Source: Schizochytrium sp. TIO01 (Eukaryota > Protista > Bigyra: Labyrinthulomycetes). Taken from it: 64,000 nt of DNA. Shown here one piece after another: positions 55,741 to 64,000 of this stretch. The position numbers were made by a program, and so were the translations under genes. The notes under the pieces were generated by a model, which did no database searches, was not told the origin of the DNA, and was given only the letters and a program-made list of their open reading frames with translations. Each line of letters opens with the position of its first letter. Position 1 is the stretch's first letter. Location of the stretch: contig SMSO01000014.1 in the NCBI GenBank assembly GCA_004764695.1, positions 2,847,648 to 2,911,647 of the forward strand, read 5' to 3'.

Positions 55741-57489
55741 TTACCAAAGTTGAACTGTGTTGTCGTGTTGAAGTTGTTGCCGGCGTACCTTCAATGCCTC
55801 TGCATAAACCTCAAAAGGTGGAGGTGGGATCTCGAGTTCGGATGTCTTGTTAGAGGCTGCTTCTCTTTGACGCAAAAACTGCGAAACCCAACGTCTCTCT
55901 GCATGTTTACACGTGTCTTTGATGTCTCGGCCAGAGAAGCCTTGTGCGTGCTCAGCCAATGTATTAAGGTCATCGGAACTAAGTTGCTTAGCATAGCGTT
56001 CAAATATTGCCCTGCGTGCTCCTTCTGATGGCAAAGGAAATAAAATAGACATATCAAAGCGACTCACCAATGCAGAATCTAAATCTTGCTTCCGATTTGT
56101 TGCGGCAATAAGAATGCTTGAAGTACGCTCTTGGAAGCCCTCGAGCGTGCGCAATAGTACTGAAAGAAGACGCCTCGTCGCCTCATGCATATTTGCACCA
56201 GGCCCGCTATCACGGGAAGTCGCGAGGGAATCAATCTCATCTAAGAAAACAATAGCGTTGCCAAGCTCATCACATAGCTTGAGCATTTCAGAGAGTCTGG
56301 ATTCACTCTCCCCGTAGTACTTCGACATGACGGATTCAATGGGGATATAGATCATGGGAACTTTGGCTTGCGATGCTACGATGCGAGCCGTCGTAGTTTT
56401 TCCCGTGCCTGGTGGGCCCTCAAAGAGGATAGCCCTAGGTCTATTACTTTCAAAACGCGCGCGCGTCTTTCGCGTTACCGTGTCATACTCCTCCGGATGC
56501 TTAAGCCCAAGTAGGATGGTATCCTCTACATCCCGTCGAACATCATCATACCCAGCCAAGCAGCTCCAATCAAGGGTGCCCTTCTCCTCCGAGCCTATCT
56601 GCGAAGATTCTGGTGCCCCACCATCCCCAGCTTCATCCCGGTACACCACCGCGCCGAGTTGTTCAAGTCTTTCTAGAGCAGCCGAGCAAGTTCCCATATC
56701 GGACCTGCTCGAATCTGGCGCCTGGCTCCCTCCCTGGGGACCATTCCACATCGGATTCTGTGGCGATGCAAATCCTCCCCATGCTCTTCGCGGCCTGGGA
56801 GTGAGCGATGGCGCTCTGTCGCTTGTAAATGCTGCCGCTTCGTAGGCCGCCACAAAAGCTGCGAGCTCGGCCTCTGAGACTGCTTTATCCTTGTAAAATG
56901 TGAGTCTGCATGTCCCGTTGCCCTGTACTCCAACAGAGATGCTTCCTTTGCCGTTGCTAAGGACTACATTGAGGTCACCCTGGGCCGTATCTACCGCATC
57001 CGAGCCCATTGGAGGTGCCAGAAGAAGCCCAGATGAGGTCGGGCCTAAGGCCAGCGATTTTGCAAAGGCATTAAGTGCAGCGGGAAGCAAATCAATGGCA
57101 GCGACGGCAAAGCTAAGCCTAAAGACGCCCTCACTGTCCACAGAGAGCTGCACCGATGGAGAGCTCCGGCGGCGCTCGCGAATCGGTCGCAGTTGCTTGA
57201 GAAGACGCGCCTTAAGCGCCTCCTGGGCAGATCCCTCGTCCCCAGAAGCGGCCTGTGACTCAGATGGAGTCAAAGATGCAGTGGAGGCGACGACTGAGGC
57301 CAAAAGGACTGGCGCTAGAGATACCATGAAAGTGAACGGAGAGCCACGGGAGCTGCTGTGCCCATGACCATCTCGCCGAAAGGATTCCGAAGCGGAGACC
57401 AAGAGAGGGACTGCAGGAGACCTGCTACGACGCAAAGAAGAAGGGCCCGCGGTGCGAAGAAGCCGCGGCGGTAAACGCGAAATTCGCAT
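55741..57489 (-). CDS. Single-ring AAA+ ATPase, probably organelle-targeted
   Basis: RPRAILFEGPPGTGKTT, SKYYGESE, VFLDEID, AATNR..DLDSALVSRF and GFSGRDI; Arg/Ser-rich presequence-like N-terminus from ATG 57489. Confidence 0.88.
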   Translation of the reverse strand: MRISRLPPRLLRTAGPSSLRRSRSPAVPLLVSASESFRRDGHGHSSSRGSPFTFMVSLAPVLLASVVASTASLTPSESQAASGDEGSAQEALKARLLKQLRPIRERRRSSPSVQLSVDSEGVFRLSFAVAAIDLLPAALNAFAKSLALGPTSSGLLLAPPMGSDAVDTAQGDLNVVLSNGKGSISVGVQGNGTCRLTFYKDKAVSEAELAAFVAAYEAAAFTSDRAPSLTPRPRRAWGGFASPQNPMWNGPQGGSQAPDSSRSDMGTCSAALERLEQLGAVVYRDEAGDGGAPESSQIGSEEKGTLDWSCLAGYDDVRRDVEDTILLGLKHPEEYDTVTRKTRARFESNRPRAILFEGPPGTGKTTTARIVASQAKVPMIYIPIESVMSKYYGESESRLSEMLKLCDELGNAIVFLDEIDSLATSRDSGPGANMHEATRRLLSVLLRTLEGFQERTSSILIAATNRKQDLDSALVSRFDMSILFPLPSEGARRAIFERYAKQLSSDDLNTLAEHAQGFSGRDIKDTCKHAERRWVSQFLRQREAASNKTSELEIPPPPFEVYAEALKVRRQQLQHDNTVQLW

Positions 57490-57861
57490 GGCGACGTGGA
57501 CAGTGAATGTCGTGAAGAATTGTCCGCGAAGAAGATCGCTCTCCCGTTCAAGTTTTGTTTTTGTTTTATTGGAAAGACAAAATTCAAAATTCAAAGTTCA
57601 AAATTCAAAATTCAATCTTGAATGAATAATTTATTTTGAACTTTGAGACTTTGAAGTTAAACTTCAAATAATCACACTTGCCAACTTCGGACCTTGAAAA
57701 CCCAGTTTCGAAGCTGCTCTCCACAACGGCAGGCCCTTCTCCGGTAGCCCTCCAAGACCTCAGTCCGGACGACGAAAGCTGAAGCCCTTACTTTGTTCAA
57801 AGAGGTCCCAGCTCCGCTCTTCTCGAAAATCTCTTTCTGACCTCGGTTCCGATGTCCACAA

Positions 57862-57882
57862 CTCTCTCTCTCTCTCTCTCTC
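57862..57882 (+). repeat. (CT)n microsatellite
   Basis: Direct reading. Confidence 0.85.
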
Positions 57883-58974
57883 CGCCGGGAGCAGTCAGGT
57901 CGCGCCGGGACCGGGAGGCGTTCGTGGTATGTACTCCTAGCAAGGCCACGCACACCCAGCCCCTGCCGCGTCGTGCTAGCCGGGTTGAAACCAGTGCCCC
58001 ATGCGCCGCATCGCTCATCATCGCTGGACTAGACAAAGATAGCGTTTGAAGGGAATGAATGAATCAATGCGGATCGAAGAGAATCGAAGAGAATTGAAGA
58101 ACTTCAACGACACACCCTTTGGAGGAGGGAAGGATGCGAGGTGTCTCAGGGCGCGACTTGCTATCATCGAAGGGGCTAGCTGGCTGGCGCAGCTTGGGTA
58201 TTCGACATGTGAACGTGGCTTTATTTGCAGAACCTAGCAGGTGTCTATCTCCACCTCCGCATTCTATAGCTCTGTGCGTCTTATAGATGAAAGTTTAGAG
58301 AGAGTGAGAGAAAGAAGTGGTGAAGATTTGTTTCAAGATTAGAAAACTAATTAAACGTTGTTATTTTATGTTATGTTATTTTGCCACTGTAGTACCTACC
58401 TATTCTGGATACTGTATAATTGTTTAATTAAAAGTTTTTTAAGGGGGAAAAAAGAGGGGAAAAAGGCTAATAATGTTATATATGGGACTAAATTTGGAAA
58501 AGACAAAGGATAGGATAAATATGGAGATAAGGATATGTCCGTTATGAGTTTGGGGCGGAAGGCCAACAACATAGATGATGAGGTCTGCGAAAGGTGAAAT
58601 AGGAGTAGCGGATGTTGATAAATGCTGCACAGGGAAGGTTGGGACTGTTGCCTTGTCTAGACGATCCCTTTATATGAACCAAGAAAAAACTGGACGAACC
58701 ATTGAAGAGTCAACAGGTTTGAAGCGAAGAAGCGTTGCAAACCAAGGGTTTGAGCAAATAAAGCCTGTGGACTTACATAGACCGATAAATTGGTTGCAGA
58801 GAAGGATAAGCATAAAGTGCCTGGCGCTCCTGCTTTCAAGAGAGGCCACTTTTGGTCCAATAACCTAGTGAAACAAGAAGCAAGTTTGGGTGCAGCGGAA
58901 CGCATGCATGGCTGCATAAAACAGGGCTGCTATGGCGTCGCAGCACAGTGCAGGCCTTAGTCGTAGCGGGGAAA

Positions 58975-61900
58975 ATGTTGAGCCAGACCTTGCAGACGAA
59001 GTGGGCATGGACCAGGGATGACAACCTGCAACGTGAACTTGGTGTACCTGCTAGTGGAAATAAAGGTGTCTTGCCAACGTTCAAGGGCAGGTCTGCGACA
59101 TCTACAGAGAGGAAAGAAGCGCTGCGGAAACAGTATGAGGCAAGCCTACAGAAACAACAGCAAAATGGGCTTGATCAAGGCTTTCGAGATCTCAAACAAC
59201 GGTCTCGTGCTCGAAAATACCTTGCTCAGGTTATGCAACGAAAATTAGAAACACATGTTAGTAATATACTATGGGAGGAGACACACCAGCTGGATATTGA
59301 CGAGGAATATGTCCATCATGCACAAAGAGAATACGAGGAATCTGGAAAAGCTCTATTACGGGAGGCAGAACGAGTTATATTCGAACACGAACGTCTTCGC
59401 GTCAAACAAGCGCAACAAAATGCAGTTGAAAAACTCGATACTGTAGTACCTATTCGTAGACGAAAAAGGTACCTGGCTTGGTTAATTTTCGTTTTGAGTG
59501 TAACTTTCCTGTCTTCTATTCATATATTACGACGTGCTGCAGGTACTAAATTTAGAAAAAACATTGCTGCGTACGCTTCATTAAATGACACAGCCAATCT
59601 AGAAGCCTGGATGGACTGTGATGATCCATTTGGAGTGATGATTGATTTCAGAAGCAGCGATGAACCCGTTGCATACTGCGACAGTACTAGTGCAAATACT
59701 GATTACTACTTGTACAACTTGACCAATGCCTACGAAGTTGCGTTTGAGGGAGCTAAGCCAATCGTCGTGGAGGCCGGACCGTATTCATTTATTGAACGCA
59801 TACGGAAAAGGCTGGTGTCCTCAGAAACAGACACTGTTGAAGTGGAGCGTGTTCCCTATTTTGAATTTACTGGTGATGATGCGGAACTTGATGAGGAAAT
59901 CACAGTTCCAAATATGGGCTACTTTCAGCTCGTGTCAATGCTGACCCTGGATGCCGGTCTGGATGACTTCGATGCACTTCTTATTCCGTGGCTAGCAGCC
60001 ATACGTCTTCAATCTAAACTTCTCGAATACCCTGAAATAAATGCGACCTCCTGGTTTACAGAATCAAATTCAACCGATTGTTGGACATTCGGTTGTTTTC
60101 TATACAACAAAAAATTCACAACACTCGTTACGATCTTTCCTAATGCGACAGAGCGTGCTGAGATCATTGACAAGTTTTTCGAGAGTATTCCTGTCTTTGG
60201 GCATAGCTCATATTCAAACTCTCAGATAGAAGCATTGTGGTCACTTTTCGCCACATCTACAGAGTATATTTCCGAAGATGACGATGGAAATCCTGTATGC
60301 TTGTTTGATTCTACCTCGTTCTGCAATATGACGGGGCCGGCGGTCTCAAATAAGAAGCTAATTATTGATGATTTCCTATCATTATGGGCATACAATGGAG
60401 ATGAAAAAATCCTAACAACACAAGACAGACTTCGTCTTAGCACAGGTATTCAAAATGGCACTTTGCAATCATTCTATGACCAAATTTGGACAAGAGATGC
60501 AACTTGTAAATCAGCAACAGAAGACTCGGCAAGTTTACTATGTACTCAGCTGAATGACCTTGCTCAGTATTTGTTTTGGCTTTATCAAACAGCATGGTTT
60601 GATCTGGCAGCATCAAGGGATCCTGCAAAAGGTGCTTTTATAAAAACCACCCCTCGCCAGGTATTAATCACAGGTTATGCGGACCTTTGCTTAGCTCTTG
60701 CAAACGGAGTTATGGGAACTTCTCCGAGTGTACTAGATCAAGCACCCTCGCGCTCAGATTTCCCACGCGGGATATTTGAAGGCTCATACAACACAAGTAC
60801 TTTGTCTGCAAGTGACTTGCTATGGCTTCAATCAGCGTGGGTACCGGGTATTATCCAAGGAGCCTCAAATTTTACCGTAAAGTTTGTATTTGATGCTCTT
60901 AACATGGCTAGCACCGGTGCTTCAGTGTACGTTCTGCCTGATTCTTACATTCTCGCACCAAACTCGTCTTATGGTAACGTTCTTTCCTTAGAAAGTCGAA
61001 CGTATCTCACAGGGGAGACAGCACCTGAGTATACACAAGACGCGCGCTTCATGCAAGCAATCAATGATAAAATCACAGTCCGCTACTTTGGTGAAACATC
61101 ACTCACACAGGGTCGAGATCAATGGTTACAGTTTTCTCCCACCCTTGATATCATGTGGACAGGAGTTCGGATGAATGTTAATGGCCTTGCTTTTTCCGAG
61201 AGTTCAAGCGTTGCGGCCTGGGAAGATCCTGTACCAGTTTGGCTCGATGAAGTGTACCGCCCAGCATCTTTCACCAGAAAGTCTGTGTTGTCAAAATACG
61301 GGAGTGTTGACGTAGATCTTCTTCGTTTCGGCCTTCAGTATGACCGAATAAAAAGATATGAACTTGACCGATCTTCCAACTACTCAACAACCTGCATGGT
61401 AAATATTGCTCCATATCGTGACAACCTTCCACTTTGGGTGGGCTATCCTAATTATCTCACATGCAATGCAACAAATGGAGCTGAAACTCCTTCAACCCGC
61501 AACGATGATTCCACAGATACATCTCTTACTTACGACGACATAGAAAATCAGCAACTTCAAAATACTGACACAACAACAGATGTTGACTATGACCTTGTAC
61601 CAGAAGATGAGTCTCCATTACCTCTCGATGAGCGGGCTAAACTGGTAGGTCTTTCTACAGAAATGTCGACTAATACTTCGATGAACTTGATTGATATTGA
61701 ACCTGTTTCTGGAGCCACAGCTGGGTTTTCTTTAGATCTAGGTCTCTACGTGCAACTTCAAGCCATGCCAACCCTGCTACCAGATGCATTAACCGTCAAA
61801 CTTCCATACTATGCTTCTAAGCGTAAAAGAACAATGCCAAGCTCCCTACTGGATGCATTAAGCTCATCCATAGCCCGAAAGGCTAGGCAGATGCGGGCTG

Positions 61901-62412
61901 TGAGTTGGCTAGGTTCTATAGTTGCTTCAAGTACACTTACTTTGACTGTCCTCGTACTCTATAGAACTAGAGGCTCTCCAGAAATTAAGGCTGCACAAGT
62001 TCGGCCCGTGGATGATTTGGAAGAAGAGGCTACTGTACAGCTTAAGCGAATGCAAAAGGACGAACGTATTCGTCTACGTGAGCTCAAAGCGAAACACGCA
62101 GTAGCACGCCAGAAACTACAAAACGCGCGTTTAAAGCTGCAGAGAGAAGTTGCAGGAGATGTCGAGAAACTTTTCCGCGTTGATACTACGAAAAGGGGAC
62201 CGCCCAAGAAACTTCAGCGCGGGGCCCGCAACAAGAAAAAAACAGATGTCGTTTACGGAATCGCACGAGATGGAGATGTGTTTATGTTTACTAATGAAGA
62301 AATGAGAACCCTAGCAGAAACTTATGGAAACCCTTTAGAGCATCTAGCTGATGATTTGTCAGCTAATGAAGATCAAGATCATCCAATTGAGAATACCAAT
62401 GCTGACTCTTGA
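58975..62412 (+). CDS. CD36/scavenger receptor class B (LIMP-like) two-TM glycoprotein; start uncertain (possibly 58932)
   Basis: YYLYNLTN..GAKPIVVEAGPYSF, ITVPN, PLWVGYPNY and IDIEPVSG; two TM helices and many NxS/T sequons. Confidence 0.8.
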   Translation: MLSQTLQTKWAWTRDDNLQRELGVPASGNKGVLPTFKGRSATSTERKEALRKQYEASLQKQQQNGLDQGFRDLKQRSRARKYLAQVMQRKLETHVSNILWEETHQLDIDEEYVHHAQREYEESGKALLREAERVIFEHERLRVKQAQQNAVEKLDTVVPIRRRKRYLAWLIFVLSVTFLSSIHILRRAAGTKFRKNIAAYASLNDTANLEAWMDCDDPFGVMIDFRSSDEPVAYCDSTSANTDYYLYNLTNAYEVAFEGAKPIVVEAGPYSFIERIRKRLVSSETDTVEVERVPYFEFTGDDAELDEEITVPNMGYFQLVSMLTLDAGLDDFDALLIPWLAAIRLQSKLLEYPEINATSWFTESNSTDCWTFGCFLYNKKFTTLVTIFPNATERAEIIDKFFESIPVFGHSSYSNSQIEALWSLFATSTEYISEDDDGNPVCLFDSTSFCNMTGPAVSNKKLIIDDFLSLWAYNGDEKILTTQDRLRLSTGIQNGTLQSFYDQIWTRDATCKSATEDSASLLCTQLNDLAQYLFWLYQTAWFDLAASRDPAKGAFIKTTPRQVLITGYADLCLALANGVMGTSPSVLDQAPSRSDFPRGIFEGSYNTSTLSASDLLWLQSAWVPGIIQGASNFTVKFVFDALNMASTGASVYVLPDSYILAPNSSYGNVLSLESRTYLTGETAPEYTQDARFMQAINDKITVRYFGETSLTQGRDQWLQFSPTLDIMWTGVRMNVNGLAFSESSSVAAWEDPVPVWLDEVYRPASFTRKSVLSKYGSVDVDLLRFGLQYDRIKRYELDRSSNYSTTCMVNIAPYRDNLPLWVGYPNYLTCNATNGAETPSTRNDDSTDTSLTYDDIENQQLQNTDTTTDVDYDLVPEDESPLPLDERAKLVGLSTEMSTNTSMNLIDIEPVSGATAGFSLDLGLYVQLQAMPTLLPDALTVKLPYYASKRKRTMPSSLLDALSSSIARKARQMRAVSWLGSIVASSTLTLTVLVLYRTRGSPEIKAAQVRPVDDLEEEATVQLKRMQKDERIRLRELKAKHAVARQKLQNARLKLQREVAGDVEKLFRVDTTKRGPPKKLQRGARNKKKTDVVYGIARDGDVFMFTNEEMRTLAETYGNPLEHLADDLSANEDQDHPIENTNADS

Positions 62413-64000
62413 ATTCACCAAAAGTTAGATCTTTTTGGTTCCGACGGAGTCCTCTGGGAAATTTAGGATTTGAGTATAATTCATAATCCCGAAAATCATG
62501 TTCAACAAGCTGCTTCCAGAGATAAAGCCATTCATTTGATACATCCAAGTAATTCATTGAAACGCCGATAATGTCGTCGTGATTACGCACCCCGTGGGGA
62601 CATCCACCAGGGATAAAGATAAGGTCTCCTGGACGCTGGATCCCCTTGTACATACGCGCATTCAAGCTTAAAGGCATATCTTCCGAATCTGGCCTAAAGA
62701 TGTCAAAAAAGAAATGCTGCGAGCCTGGCTTTGGGTAGAGTTCAAGCACGTCATGACGATCGTAAAAACGCCATTCCTTCTCTCCTTCAAGTAGATACAT
62801 CCAGAAGTTGGTACCTCCTGAGTCGATGTGCATTTTGCTTTCCGTGCCGTTAGCACCAACAAAAAGTGATGGCCAGGAGTGTTGGTAGCCAACAAAAGGC
62901 ATTCGCTGAAAATAGTCTCCTGCGAAATACTTCGGGAAGATAAACTCATCATAGGGTGGGGGGCCCATTATTTCTGGGCAGCTCCTCGGAAGGCCCCAAT
63001 CGTGTAAATACCATTCTTGACGGGTGCTGTTCTGATTGTGCGTTTCAAGAAACTCTTTGAGGCTTAACTTTTCTGGCACCGTCACCAATCCTCCCCAGTT
63101 GTGCGTCCGGCCTTTCATTTTAAATTCAGGGTAGTGCTTTCCACACTTTTCTGAAATGTGCTCTTTGGTCCACATCCTTTTGAACATATGAATATCAGTA
63201 ATAATAACAGGTCTGTGCTTCTTAGCGTAATTTTCGATAAAGTCTTCTAAAGACATTTCCAATGCACTCCGCCGTTCAATGGAGAGTACTCGTTGATCCT
63301 TGTTTGAGGGTGGTCGGCCAACTTCGCGTACGAAACGCTGGTACTTTGAAATACTCCGTTTCCGATTTAACTGCACCATTTCATTGTACAAGAATGTATA
63401 ATCGTCTGCGATTGCTCTTTGTGTCTGTATAACATCTTCGTCGGTGTGGTTTTTCATATGCTGTTTGAGGAGTTGAATATAAGCAGACGCACGCTGAATG
63501 TTGACCCACAGTTTTTCTCGTAATGAAGGATCATCAGAAATATGGCGAAGGTCTCCAGGTGTTTTTGGAATTGCTTCTACAATTGGCTTGAGGTGAGGGC
63601 GGTTCTCAATATAATTGAAGACGTGGTCCAAGGTCTTTCGAAGGATAATATTTTCATCTGTAGTTTGGCGACTATGCCCAAAACTTTGATATGATTCTTC
63701 CATAAGAAGGAAATCTTCATACAGGGAGCGAATTCTCTGCAGTGCATCGTGCGGGTTGAGCCCCCTCCGAGCTTTCTCAGGGTCCACAAGAAGCATATCT
63801 GTCCATGCATCTTCGATTGGTGGCTGGAGCTTACGATTCAAGTCCTCCATATTGATTTTTGTAGGTGAGTGGAGAGTAGCCGTATTTGAATCTGTAATGT
63901 TTTGTACGAGTTGCAACGAAGCTTCAGCAGAAGACTTTTCAGAGTTGTGCTGCTTGGTATTGCTGCTCTGAACTGTTATTTCATGCTCTTCATCACCGGC
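62363..64000 (-). CDS. JmjC-domain Fe(II)/2-oxoglutarate oxygenase (JMJD6/JMJD4-like), 5' end outside the window
   Basis: WYLHDW, PKYFAGD, SLFVGANGTESKMHID, GEKEWRF and QRPGDLIFIPGGCPHGVRN (HxD...H triad); the frame is open to the window edge. Confidence 0.9.
   Translation of the reverse strand, partial: AGDEEHEITVQSSNTKQHNSEKSSAEASLQLVQNITDSNTATLHSPTKINMEDLNRKLQPPIEDAWTDMLLVDPEKARRGLNPHDALQRIRSLYEDFLLMEESYQSFGHSRQTTDENIILRKTLDHVFNYIENRPHLKPIVEAIPKTPGDLRHISDDPSLREKLWVNIQRASAYIQLLKQHMKNHTDEDVIQTQRAIADDYTFLYNEMVQLNRKRSISKYQRFVREVGRPPSNKDQRVLSIERRSALEMSLEDFIENYAKKHRPVIITDIHMFKRMWTKEHISEKCGKHYPEFKMKGRTHNWGGLVTVPEKLSLKEFLETHNQNSTRQEWYLHDWGLPRSCPEIMGPPPYDEFIFPKYFAGDYFQRMPFVGYQHSWPSLFVGANGTESKMHIDSGGTNFWMYLLEGEKEWRFYDRHDVLELYPKPGSQHFFFDIFRPDSEDMPLSLNARMYKGIQRPGDLIFIPGGCPHGVRNHDDIIGVSMNYLDVSNEWLYLWKQLVEHDFRDYELYSNPKFPRGLRRNQKDLTFGEFKSQHWYSQLDDLDLH

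Noticed and set aside
1-64000. tRNA, rRNA, spliceosomal snRNA and CRISPR arrays
   Set aside because: No diagnostic sequences recognised by eye; a covariance-model scan would be needed to exclude divergent ones.

Overview
Gene-dense, intron-poor eukaryotic (protist) genomic DNA. Fused DHFR-TS, fused HPPK-DHPS, mostly single-exon genes and AT-rich spacers with microsatellites fit a stramenopile such as a thraustochytrid, but the taxonomy is inference only. About 24 protein-coding genes are supported: kinesin-14 (partial), two tandem beta-lactamase-fold serine hydrolases, Hsp104/ClpB and Hsp40 head-to-head around heat-shock elements, HROB, DHFR-TS, TMEM128, a spliced EF-hand protein, an IQ protein, two ZIP transporters flanking a DadA-like oxidoreductase, a stand-alone voltage-sensor-like protein, HPPK-DHPS, AMPK-gamma-like, NSE4, an AAA+ ATPase, a large CD36-like protein and a JmjC protein (partial). 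The most notable hidden element is almost invisible in the ORF track. It is a ~0.9 kb decayed, internally deleted IS607-type transposon on the minus strand (~8190-9070) carrying a TnpA serine-recombinase N-terminal half joined to a Fanzor2/TnpB C-terminal half, followed by a structured candidate omegaRNA. Also notable are a pseudogenised Crinkler-like PD-(D/E)XK nuclease + kinase gene, an uncharacterised His-motif membrane protein resembling a copper monooxygenase, and a convergent coding overlap. No tRNA, rRNA or CRISPR array was recognised.
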